Shown here piece after piece: positions 31,363 through 44,244 of a DNA stretch of 64,000 nucleotides. The translations under genes and the position numbers were made by a program. Source of the DNA: Paraspadella gotoi (Eukaryota > Animalia > Chaetognatha); contig CM119270.1 in NCBI GenBank assembly GCA_051294375.1, positions 13,735,833 to 13,799,832 of the forward strand. The letters run 5' to 3'. Position 1 is the stretch's first letter; each line of letters begins with the position of its first letter. The notes under the pieces are model-generated. The model had not been told where the DNA came from. It saw nothing but the letters and a program-made list of their open reading frames with translations, and searched no databases.

Positions 31363-34300
31363 CCCACTATGGACGAGAACGAGATTCCAATTGGGCCCGG
31401 GCGGCCGCGCGGGCAGTTGTGATCCGCGTGGCAGTTCCGGCGGTGTGGCGCTACCGATCAGCAGCAGGCAGCACCAGCCCCACTTCAGCCAAACAACCAG
31501 CAACAGGGCGATCGATCTTCCCCGGGGATTCCCGGCCAACCCGAGTCCAGGCGTGTGTCGAGCGGGGAGTTCGGGCAGGCCGCTCTGTCGATGGCGCCGC
31601 CGCGGGTCTTTCTCGCCGGCGCCGCCTTCGGTCGACCGGAGCTCGTCTCGGTCCAAACGTCTCAATTCTCTCACTCTTCGGATCCTGCTCTCGCGGACGT
31701 CCGTCCCCGACGCCCAGGGTGGCGGGTTACGGGCGCAGCGGGAAGCGGCGGCGCCGGACTGCCACCTCATGGTGGCGGCAAGCGGCGCAACGCGATTGCG
31801 CTCGCACGGGAAGCGGGGATCAATCCGCGCGATGGAAGCCGAAGAGAGGATAGGACTTCTCCTCGGCCGGCCGTGAATTCACACGGGCGGTTTCACTACC
31901 AACGCCCTCCGCCCATGACCCTCGCCAGCTACGCGCGGCGGAGGCGGCGGCCGTCAGGCTCTCGACCCAACAGCAATCCAGTTCTCGGCCCAACTCTCGT
32001 TCGCCTCAGAGAAGGGCGGTCGGTCGGAATTCCCGACCGAAATCCGAAAGGAACGCGCAGATCCGGCGCGCGGAGCGCGTTCGCTCGCGATTGTTCGGCG
32101 TCAAAGGTTGCCTGCGTTGATTCGTCTATCATCGGCTGCGCTGTCGGCCGTCTGTCCGGTATCCGTGACGTGGCGAGTCGGCGTCCACGGACGCGGCCAC
32201 ACGCACGATCGACGTTCGACGCCGCCTCGACGGAGCAAACGTCGGAGATAACGGTACGGAGGGGATTTGTGGGTACGAGTTTCTCACGGCGGCGGACATT
32301 GAAGGTGAGGTTGGGTCGTGACTCTCAGGGTGAAAAAGATCGAAGGGTGCGGAAGTGTTTCGTAAAGCCAAAGAAGAACATTTCTCAATGTATTGTCGAA
32401 CTATGATAGGTAAATATTAATTTTTGGTGATTAGAAAATAAACGTGCATCTCTTTGATTGGTTAATATTTTTCGCATATCAGTTTTTGACTATTAAATAA
32501 ATTCCTAATGACAGCTAGTACATTTATCTTATAATGTTACTTGTGTTAATATAGAGAATTGTCTCTTATTACATTTTACATACCTCTCCACACTCATGAC
32601 AGGGAGCCAATAATAAGAATAGATGAACGAATCAAAAGGAATTACAGAATCGCAAACGAATACTCATAAGAACGACGTATGATGATATCAAGACTATAAA
32701 ATACAGATAATAAAAGAATAATAAGAATATATATAAAAGAAAAATATTAAAATAAATAAACAGATAAATAATAGATATTAGTCTGTTAATGAAATTAATA
32801 AATATAAATACGACAATTATGCATATGTTATAGTCAATTAAATCCTACTAACAATATATAGATAATTAAGCATTTCAATATAATCTCCACAAAATACTGC
32901 CTCATAATGATACGTACCAAAATAAATAAATTGGACTTGAAAATGATAATTAAATAAAATAATAATGGCAAAATGAGAATTAGTATTATTCTAAGAATCT
33001 ACTCTATAACATGATTTCTCAATCCTTAGAATTGTACGACGGCAGTAAATTAAGTTTAATGTAAATCAATCATATAATAAAGAAGTTTTGAGAAGAAAAA
33101 AAAAGATAAGAAAAGAACAGGCGCGAAGCAGAAGAATAATATTGCTGCACATCTCTTGAAGGAAGCAATAGCATAGAGGATTCAAAGACCGGCGTCCATC
33201 ATGCAATTTGGAAAGATATAAACAGGAAGAAGAGGATCTCGTAATCAGAACTTCCCGCAGGTGAAGATATCTCGTCGGGCAGAATTATTGTCAAATCGCG
33301 TAAGTTATAAATAATAAAACAAATAGAGAAAAATATAATTTAAATATATATACAGATTTGACATATCTGCGGTTTCAAATTGTTGGCCCGGTGGTTGACG
33401 GTTAGTAACAATTGACATCCCGGTTTCAGTCACTTCAAAGAATATCGCGCTCCTCGTCAAATGCAATGAATATAAGATATTGAATTGTAATTTGGATGAA
33501 ATTGAGATGCACGCGAGAAGTAAAAATAATGAGATATGTATACAACCTAATCTGCTCACTCTATGCTAATCTTGGCTCGTGAAAAAAACGTAGATGGCAA
33601 GATAATTTGGTAATTTATTTTACCGAAACTTTCTTCTGTTCGAGTAGACAAGATATCATGCGCAGTCGGATAAGAATGGCGAACGGCACCAAGAACGACA
33701 GGCGAATGGCGCAAGTATACGTCGCGAAGATTTATGGGAAAGAGCGGGACTCCGCGTGGAAGGAAAATTATTCGCCGGAAGACGAATAGAGTAGCAGGGA
33801 AAACCTCAAAGACTTTGATGCCAAGCATGATACGGTTGAGAATTCGAGACGGCAGGACTTCGTCGTCGAGGCAGATTCGTTTGAGTCAGATGATAACAGG
33901 CTAGAAGAATTAGGTGAACGACTACGAGGTCGAACGGCACTCATGATTCGTGCATATTATGCTTATTTGTCGGTCCATCGTCGAATGCTGGACAGAAAAG
34001 AATCGGCTCCGGCCCAATCCCGTTCTATAATAAATTTTGTTTATTAGGGCTGATTACCAAACAAAGTTGCTCAGGTCAATAGACCAATAAGTGCAACGCC
34101 ATTAGTCATGGACCAGGTTCAGAACATTTAGGAGAAAATGATGAAGGATTTTCCAAAGACGACGAAATCGACAAAGTGGATCCAGTAGAGAATCATTTTT
34201 TTTGGAGTGAGAATTACGAAAATATAATGGCGAAATACGTACTTGATCTAAAAAAAAAAATGTTCGCAGGGATTCGTCGATAAGGACTCCCAAAAATTGG

Positions 34301-35053
34301 AAGAATTTATTCGTGCTTGGGATGACCGCGGTTGTTTCCAGGGCCATTTCGGTGATTTACAATTGATCTTTATTAATAGGCGCAAAAAAATTAAAGTTTA
34401 ACAAAAAATAATATGGAAAACGAAACTATTTCACGTTCTCTTTTCAGGCGAAAGCACCAACACGCACTACGACGGTGAAGTGATCAACGTCCGTCAAGTT
34501 GCTTCACAAGTATTTGGCGAAGCGTGTATCGAACTCAGGCGCTCTATCCGCTCCAAGGGCTCTCCACTCTTTCAGCATCCCCGGTGCGAATGGTTTTTGG
34601 AATTAAAGCGCTATGATAGTTTAGGCATAAGTAATAATATTGACTTTGTTCCGCCGGGGTTAATGGTAAAAATTAATTTTCGTGTTTATCCCATAAATAA
34701 CGTCGCGCATTTTTCTCTTTTGCTAAAAAGGTCTCCTTCAACAAATATTCGACACGTTATAGACGAATGTCGACAGCTTTCACATGTGGCACAATCAGAA
34801 GACCCCAACGAAACCGTAGGTGAGTAAAAGCAAAGCTACTCGCATTCATTTCAATTCAAATTTAAAAATAAAAAAATCAACGGTATCTATATATATATTT
34901 TTAATTTAATTTCGCGATATATATTAATTTAATAATGCTATTATTCCCTCCCAGGCAAAGGTGTTGCTCTTAAGTCGTCGTTCAAATTTTTTCACGTGGT
35001 TGCGAGAAGCCGATGAGGAGGACGATGAGGAGGACGAATCGAATCAAGAATGA
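31363..35053 (+). pseudogene. eIF4G: Frameshifted 3' fragment of eIF4G (exons 24-33, introns retained); likely artifactual rather than a true pseudogene
   Basis: Recognisable homology to 23441-26894 with many frameshifts and no 5' exons. Confidence 0.45.
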
Positions 35054-37612
35054 CCCCTCTTGCGACGATCAATCACCCACCTTTCCCCTCTTGCCGCGAT
35101 CCACCAACTCACCCACTCACCCACCTTTCCCCCATCATCGCCCGTCGAACTGACCTTTCCCTTTCTTCCACTACCTTTTTTTCCCCCCGCATCCGACATG
35201 CTCCCAAACCCCCCACCCCCAAAAAAAGGAAACCTCTCACTTTTCCCTCTTTGCCCTCCTCCCCTTCTCACAGCACACTCTGCATTCCCCCCCACCATCT
35301 TCACGAATCCACCCGCTCTCATCCGTTTCTTTAAAAAAACAACAAAAACTGAAAATGAAATTATTGTGCATTACACGAATTAAAAAAAACAACCGAGAAA
35401 ACTTTCTAATTATTATCCGCCTTCGAATTGACGTAGACCCCCCCCTTCGGCCACCCCGCCTGCCCATTCCATCCCTTTCCTTCACGTTCTTTCCATCCCC
35501 CCCTTCTTTCCTCGTTTCTACTCCCCCCCCCGCTTTATTTACAAGATGCGGATGGAAAGCGATTATGGGAGAAAAATCCGATTTCTCGGAAATGGGGAGA
35601 AAATGGATAAGGGATGAAAAGAGCGAGCCGGCGTCTTCATTTTAACCCCTTTCCCCCTTTTCCCCCCTTTCCCATTCCTTTACTCCTTTCCCTTTGCCTC
35701 TCTCCCATCCGTGCCCCCTTTTTTACCGCGCTATGTGGTGATTGATAACGACGACGAAGGCGATAAACGACTACTCGTCGTTGTACGTCGTCGTCGCCGT
35801 CGTTCTTTCCTAATCTCCGCCAATCATGCCCTCCGCCCCCCTACGCCACTTCTTTTGACGATTGCGCTTTTGTTTTACTGTTATTTCTTTCTCGTCTCGC
35901 TCTCTCTCCTCGCTAATAGTAACAAACAAACGAAACAATACAACAATATACCGAAATGATTGATATTATTGATTTTCATTGATTCGGAAGGAGATTCGCT
36001 CAATCGAGTTTCGCGACCTGATACTTGATTCGTTTTCGCATTCCGTTCGTTTTGTTTATTTTTAGGCTCATTATTATTATTCTATTAATTCTTAACTTAT
36101 TAACTACTATAGTTAATATTATAAATTCTTATATGATAAAATAGGATTATTTTCAGTAACAAAAAAAAAGACAAAAAACGAACCGCGTATCGCGCCAATG
36201 GGTCACGTGGCGTAACATAACAAAGAAAGGGCGGGAAAGAGTAAAATCACGTCGAGGGATTCTTTGCCTTTTTTTATTAGAGAGACAGTAATATATTAGT
36301 TTTAAAAAGATTGTTCTTTTTGCTTTTTTTTTCTTTTTTATTTACGAACGGCTTTTCGTGAAAAAGAGACTCTATAGGTTCAAATACGGTCTTGCCTCTG
36401 TGCCACTTTGAAACATGAGATATCTGTCTCCTGGGCAAATCACTGTGGAAACTTGCGGAAAACTGTAATAGGAAACAATTTTGTTTTTCTCTCTTTCTCT
36501 CTCATCATCGCGCGAATCGTTTTGTCGTCCCAGTGAGTGATGCGGTATGATATATAACTCTGGTAGTATTAATAAATCACGCATTGCGGTCGCCATAAAC
36601 TGAATCTATAGCTAATAATTTCAGCTGCCGTTATTTCTTAGCTTATTGTGTTGCAGTTTGACATTACTTTGCCTACTCGCGATTATGTTCGAAACATGGT
36701 TAATCTTTTTAGACTAAAATATTTTTTTAGTGTTTTGCTTTCTCAATCGAATAATTATTTTCAGAAAGATATAATGAAATTGCTTTGTTCCGAGATCGTG
36801 TTTGAACCTTTGAGTTTCGTCATTGATTACTACTTTCTCTCTCTAGTGTAATTTATTTTCATTTCTAGTTTCATAAAAAGATTACACGACAATGATCGAG
36901 TTTTCTGCGTAAAGCGTTGAACTATGAAAAAGTAGTTAGCAAAATTATTGATGATTTCATACCGCTAAAGATGGCTTACTAGGAGATTAAGAGTTAAGTG
37001 AGCGATTTTATTTTTTGGCGTCTGATTCGACGTGGCAGCTTAAAGGAAGACTTAAATTTCATTCACTCTAATTCGCGACCTCAATTCAAAAGTAATATAT
37101 TGATTGAAGCTTGCAGGGACTGCTATGTCATTATCTTGTAAGAGTGATGGGGACCTTAAACCACCAAACCTGTCCAAAGTCAGGGCAAGATAGCTTATTT
37201 ATTAAATGAATGGATAATTTTTTATATTGGTTGTACATTTCCATAGTATGTGGACCAAAATTCTGTCAGATTCGAGGCAGAGCGAGAGCAGATTTGTAAA
37301 GATCAAAAAGGCTTGTTGTTTTTCTGTTTTTTTTTTTTAACTATTGACTAAAATGATATAAGCAATCGTATATTGAATAATGTTTCTTTCCATTTCTTTC
37401 TTATCTCAAGTTCCCAAATTCGCGATCGGGAGTCGCGTCGACGGATAATTTTGAAGAAAAGGAGTTTGCCGAGGCGATCTGGATTATTTTAAATAACGTT
37501 TGATTTGGAATTTTTTAGAGATCTTTTCAGTTTCATCGTAGAAATGTGCGACGTTGTACGTTTTACGTCGTTTTAAAACTTTTTATATCGTTTATACTGT
37601 TATAAATGACTG

Positions 37613-38232
37613 TATGGTGGACTAAAATCACAAACGTCATCAGCGGCCATTGGTGCCGGAGGCAGTCTTGCTCCCAACCCAAAGATCGGGGTTCTAGCCC
37701 GTGGACGTCTGGCAGTAAGAGGACGGCGCTACCGCTGTAACATGGTTTACAGCCTGATCCAAGCTCAGACTGCTTATATTGAATGGTTCTGTCATTAAAT
37801 ATATCATAATTACTGTCTCTTCATTGTGAGCCCGACTTGAACACAACAGCAACAAACTTTCAGGCGACATGCCTCAAACCTGGCGATGCACTTTCCGCCA
37901 CACACATCAGGCGACATGCCTCAACTTGGTGACGAACTTTCCACCACAACAACAATTCACTGAAAAGACTCACAGACTTACCCTACGGGAGGGGAGGATG
38001 TATGGTGGACTAAAATGCCACAAACCATTCACGGCCATTGAGTGCCGGAGGCAAGTCTATTCGCCTCCCAACCCAAAGATCCGGGGTATAGCCGGTGGTC
38101 GTCTGGCAGTTAAGAGGGACGGGCCGCTTAACCCGCCCTGTAACATGGTGTTACAGCCGATCCGAAGCTCAGGGACTGCTTATAGTTGAAAGGTTCTGTC
38201 ATTAACATATATCAATACTTACTGTCTCTTCA
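37613..38232 (+). mobile_element. Full-length TRIM (miniature non-autonomous LTR retrotransposon) with tRNA-like LTRs
   Basis: LTR 37613-37823; PBS-like TTGTGAGCCCGACTTGA 37824-37840; non-coding interior of about 150 bp; PPT GGGAGGGGAGGA 37987-37998; LTR 38001-38232. TSD ACTG at 37609-37612 and 38233-38236. Empty site with a single ACTG at 29506-29509. Confidence 0.88.
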
Positions 38233-40141
38233 ACTGTTCAATTCTTCGTCGACTGCATATTAAATTTGAATGGTAAAAACATTTTAAAACGCATTGAATT
38301 CTTAATTCGTCGTCTACAAAGTCAGCCAAATAAACAATAAGTCCGTGGCAGCTCAAACACACTCACTAACCGTATTTAGGAACCATATCAAAAATCTTGT
38401 CAGCTTTATTGTTATTTTTTTAATTTTTTCTCTTTATTTAATATATATCGTTGAATATCTAAACTGCATTTTTTGAGTGTATCTGTTACTCTTTTGTATG
38501 TACTGCTCTTCAACTAATTTTTTTAAACAAATAAATACATATATACTTTTAGCTGTGAATTGTAATGGATAACGATGATAAAAACTATTATAATTTTCAA
38601 ATTCTTTAGTTTCTAAAACCATTTTGTTCACTTACATTTATAGTTTATTAATATTATATTAGAACTTCCCAGTATAGTTAAATATTACGTTCGATGCCTT
38701 TTTTTTTATAACGACTTCCCATTCTTGCCCCTCTCTCGAAGTGAAGGATAGGTACGGGTTTTTCAACAAAAGTCTAATACCATGAACAAACAGTCAGGGG
38801 CAAGATAACTTATTTATTAATGAATAGATAATTTTATATTGATTGTACAATTTTATGCCTTTTAATTCTTATTGCCGATTTAGCGCGTTGCCCGAAAGAA
38901 TTTTAAAAACTAATGAGTCGTCGATATTTATGGATAAAACTTCTTGATTTTTTTCCCTTGATACATTTCATTTCAATTCGGAATTTTACACAACCTTTAT
39001 TTATAGTTAATTTTACAGTCCTAAATTCGCGCTGCAGTAGAACTTTGCATTTTGCACCTGCAGTTTGCAGTTTCATTATCAATTAATGATAATTAATATA
39101 ATTAATATATAATTAATATCTTTTTTTAATTTAATCGTTCGAAAAAAGCCTCATTTCCAAATAATTTAATAAAGTTTTCGATAAAGCATATTAATAGCAA
39201 ATATTCGTAAAGTATTCCTCATGTTTGGATACTATGAAAGGCATTTTTTAGCTTTTATCAAAACCAATTAACACGAGGTAATTACGCTCGTCTTTCAGAC
39301 GGAAGTAAATAATCTTTTTTGTTTGACAACATTTTGAAGGTAGAATTATTAAAAATTTTATCATCAATTCTATCAGTTAATTCATGCATCTCCTTTAAAA
39401 AATAACGCGTGAGAAGAAATAAAATGAATCGGATTGAACAAGAAAATGAACGAATTCTTCAAGCGTGGATATGCGTCTTTCAGTCAAATTTAAATTATTA
39501 TTATTATTGTTACCTGATCGTTATATGTTTACAGTTATTGAATTCGGTTTGCGTTAAATTTTTGTATTAGTTTATTTTTCAGATACATGATTTCTCATCA
39601 TTTTATCATTTTATAATTTAAATCGTTTGAAAGTAATTACTAAAAGCTCAAGCGGTTCTGCTACGAAAATGTCTGGACGCATCGAGAAAAAGTCGTCTGT
39701 GACAGATTTGAAGAAGATTTTTGTGAGAATCGAAGCGAAGAACGTTCCCAGGAGAACGCGCCTCGTGCATGACGATCGAGCGCTGAGAGAGAGAGAGAGA
39801 TGAGAGAGAGAGAGGAGAGAGATGAGCAGAGAGAAAGAGAGAGAGGAAGAGAGGAGAGAGAGAGAGAAGGAGAGAGAGAGAGAGAGACGGACGGATGTGG
39901 GAGCGTGTTGTTGTGAAAAAAGACGTAAATGCGAAGATCGAGCATATTTTAGACGATGATAGTATTTCTAAAGCCCTGATTCGTCGATTAGATTCATATT
40001 CAATTACATTGTTCCCGAGGTATTTTTACCAGGGCAACATAATCGGTTCTGCGAAAGTAAAAAAAAAAAGACAATAATTAGTGGGGGGAGCAAAGAAATA
40101 GAAATTTAAATGACTCTATGTCTCCTCTCTCTCTCGTCAGT

Positions 40142-40201
<60 letters not shown>

Positions 40202-40388
40202 TCTCTCTTTTCTCTCTCTCTCTNNNNNNNNNNNNNNNNNNNNNNNNNCTCTCGATACCTGTTTTGGCTGGGAGCACACGATAATCGCGCTCTCAGTCTC
40301 ATTCTTACAATTTATCCTCGACTTTTCGGAAGCGTCTTCTTTCTTTCTCTCTTCTTCTCTCATTCTCTCGACTTGTCGTCCCTCTCAG

Positions 40389-40460
40389 CCAATCAACGAC
40401 GTCGCTTCCGGCGTCCCGTCCAATCAGCGACGTCGCCCGGAGCGTCTCGTCCAATCGGCG
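40389..40460 (+). promoter_or_regulatory. Three CCAAT boxes at 31-bp spacing in an imperfect tandem repeat (noisier copy at ~49552-49630)
   Basis: CCAAT at 40389, 40420 and 40451. The units also carry GACGTC and CTTCCGG. Confidence 0.4.
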
Positions 40461-40553
40461 AGCCAGATGATAACGCGTGGAGGTCGCGAGAGACGAGGGG
40501 AATCTCGACATGCGCCTCTGAGAAAAAAGTTTTTTCTCATTGTTTCGCCTCAG

Positions 40554-43500
40554 CCCACTATGGACGAGAACGAGATTCCAATTGGGCCCGGGCGGCCGCG
40601 CGGGCAGTTGTGATCCGCGTGGCAGTTCCGGCGGTGTGGCGCTACCGATCAGCAGCAGGCAGCACCAGCCCCACTTCAGCCAAACAACCAGCAACAGGGC
40701 GATCGATCTTCCCCGGGGATTCCCGGCCAACCCGAGTCCAGGCGTGTGTCGAGCGGGGAGTTCGGGCAGGCCGCTCTGTCGATGGCGCCGCCGCGGGTCT
40801 TTCTCGCCGGCGCCGCCTTCGGTCGACCGGAGCTCGTCTCGGTCCAAACGTCTCAATTCTCTCACTCTTCGGATCCTGCTCTCGCGGACGTCCGTCCCCG
40901 ACGCCCAGGGTGGCGGGTTACGGGCGCAGCGGGAAGCGGCGGCGCCGGACTGCCACCTCATGGTGGCGGCAAGCGGCGCAACGCGATTGCGCTCGCACGG
41001 GAAGCGGGGATCAATCCGCGCGATGGAAGCCGAAGAGAGGATAGGACTTCTCCTCGGCCGGCCGTGAATTCACACGGGCGGTTTCACTACCAACGCCCTC
41101 CGCCCATGACCCTCGCCAGCTACGCGCGGCGGAGGCGGCGGCCGTCAGGCTCTCGACCCAACAGCAATCCAGTTCTCGGCCCAACTCTCGTTCGCCTCAG
41201 AGAAGGGCGGTCGGTCGGAATTCCCGACCGAAATCCGAAAGGAACGCGCAGATCCGGCGCGCGGAGCGCGTTCGCTCGCGATTGTTCGGCGTCAAAGGTT
41301 GCCTGCGTTGATTCGTCTATCATCGGCTGCGCTGTCGGCCGTCTGTCCGGTATCCGTGACGTGGCGAGTCGGCGTCCACGGACGCGGCCACACGCACGAT
41401 CGACGTTCGACGCCGCCTCGACGGAGCAAACGTCGGAGATAACGGTACGGAGGGGATTTGTGGGTACGAGTTTCTCACGGCGGCGGACATTGAAGGTGAG
41501 GTTGGGTCGTGACTCTCAGGGTGAAAAAGATCGAAGGGTGCGGAAGTGTTTCGTAAAGCCAAAGAAGAACATTTCTCAATGTATTGTCGAACTATGATAG
41601 GTAAATATTAATTTTTGGTGATTAGAAAATAAACGTGCATCTCTTTGATTGGTTAATATTTTTCGCATATCAGTTTTTGACTATTAAATAAATTCCTAAT
41701 GACAGCTAGTACATTTATCTTATAATGTTACTTGTGTTAATATAGAGAATTGTCTCTTATTACATTTTACATACCTCTCCACACTCATGACAGGGAGCCA
41801 ATAATAAGAATAGATGAACGAATCAAAAGGAATTACAGAATCGCAAACGAATACTCATAAGAACGACGTATGATGATATCAAGACTATAAAATACAGATA
41901 ATAAAAGAATAATAAGAATATATATAAAAGAAAAATATTAAAATAAATAAACAGATAAATAATAGATATTAGTCTGTTAATGAAATTAATAAATATAAAT
42001 ACGACAATTATGCATATGTTATAGTCAATTAAATCCTACTAACAATATATAGATAATTAAGCATTTCAATATAATCTCCACAAAATACTGCCTCATAATG
42101 ATACGTACCAAAATAAATAAATTGGACTTGAAAATGATAATTAAATAAAATAATAATGGCAAAATGAGAATTAGTATTATTCTAAGAATCTACTCTATAA
42201 CATGATTTCTCAATCCTTAGAATTGTACGACGGCAGTAAATTAAGTTTAATGTAAATCAATCATATAATAAAGAAGTTTTGAGAAGAAAAAAAAAGATAA
42301 GAAAAGAACAGGCGCGAAGCAGAAGAATAATATTGCTGCACATCTCTTGAAGGAAGCAATAGCATAGAGGATTCAAAGACCGGCGTCCATCATGCAATTT
42401 GGAAAGATATAAACAGGAAGAAGAGGATCTCGTAATCAGAACTTCCCGCAGGTGAAGATATCTCGTCGGGCAGAATTATTGTCAAATCGCGTAAGTTATA
42501 AATAATAAAACAAATAGAGAAAAATATAATTTAAATATATATACAGATTTGACATATCTGCGGTTTCAAATTGTTGGCCCGGTGGTTGACGGTTAGTAAC
42601 AATTGACATCCCGGTTTCAGTCACTTCAAAGAATATCGCGCTCCTCGTCAAATGCAATGAATATAAGATATTGAATTGTAATTTGGATGAAATTGAGATG
42701 CACGCGAGAAGTAAAAATAATGAGATATGTATACAACCTAATCTGCTCACTCTATGCTAATCTTGGCTCGTGAAAAAAACGTAGATGGCAAGATAATTTG
42801 GTAATTTATTTTACCGAAACTTTCTTCTGTTCGAGTAGACAAGATATCATGCGCAGTCGGATAAGAATGGCGAACGGCACCAAGAACGACAGGCGAATGG
42901 CGCAAGTATACGTCGCGAAGATTTATGGGAAAGAGCGGGACTCCGCGTGGAAGGAAAATTATTCGCCGGAAGACGAATAGAGTAGCAGGGAAAACCTCAA
43001 AGACTTTGATGCCAAGCATGATACGGTTGAGAATTCGAGACGGCAGGACTTCGTCGTCGAGGCAGATTCGTTTGAGTCAGATGATAACAGGCTAGAAGAA
43101 TTAGGTGAACGACTACGAGGTCGAACGGCACTCATGATTCGTGCATATTATGCTTATTTGTCGGTCCATCGTCGAATGCTGGACAGAAAAGAATCGGCTC
43201 CGGCCCAATCCCGTTCTATAATAAATTTTGTTTATTAGGGCTGATTACCAAACAAAGTTGCTCAGGTCAATAGACCAATAAGTGCAACGCCATTAGTCAT
43301 GGACCAGGTTCAGAACATTTAGGAGAAAATGATGAAGGATTTTCCAAAGACGACGAAATCGACAAAGTGGATCCAGTAGAGAATCATTTTTTTTGGAGTG
43401 AGAATTACGAAAATATAATGGCGAAATACGTACTTGATCTAAAAAAAAAAATGTTCGCAGGGATTCGTCGATAAGGACTCCCAAAAATTGGAAGAATTTA

Positions 43501-44244
43501 TTCGTGCTTGGGATGACCGCGGTTGTTTCCAGGGCCATTTCGGTGATTTACAATTGATCTTTATTAATAGGCGCAAAAAAATTAAAGTTTAACAAAAAAT
43601 AATATGGAAAACGAAACTATTTCACGTTCTCTTTTCAGGCGAAAGCACCAACACGCACTACGACGGTGAAGTGATCAACGTCCGTCAAGTTGCTTCACAA
43701 GTATTTGGCGAAGCGTGTATCGAACTCAGGCGCTCTATCCGCTCCAAGGGCTCTCCACTCTTTCAGCATCCCCGGTGCGAATGGTTTTTGGAATTAAAGC
43801 GCTATGATAGTTTAGGCATAAGTAATAATATTGACTTTGTTCCGCCGGGGTTAATGGTAAAAATTAATTTTCGTGTTTATCCCATAAATAACGTCGCGCA
43901 TTTTTCTCTTTTGCTAAAAAGGTCTCCTTCAACAAATATTCGACACGTTATAGACGAATGTCGACAGCTTTCACATGTGGCACAATCAGAAGACCCCAAC
44001 GAAACCGTAGGTGAGTAAAAGCAAAGCTACTCGCATTCATTTCAATTCAAATTTAAAAATAAAAAAATCAACGGTATCTATATATATATTTTTAATTTAA
44101 TTTCGCGATATATATTAATTTAATAATGCTATTATTCCCTCCCAGGCAAAGGTGTTGCTCTTAAGTCGTCGTTCAAATTTTTTCACGTGGTTGCGAGAAG
44201 CCGATGAGGAGGACGATGAGGAGGACGAATCGAATCAAGAATGA
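40554..44244 (+). pseudogene. eIF4G: Second frameshifted 3' eIF4G fragment, identical to the previous one; likely artifactual
   Basis: Copy of 31363-35053 at +9191. Confidence 0.4.

Larger units (their letters stand above)
31359..40223 (+). repeat. Error-rich duplicate of 23437-31358 plus downstream flank; probable raw long-read gap fill
   Basis: Starts at TCAGCCCACTATGG (the exon 24 acceptor) and is colinear with introns and exons. Differences are dominated by indels, with bursts of inserted A at ~32600-33550. Ends at a 25-N gap. Confidence 0.85.
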
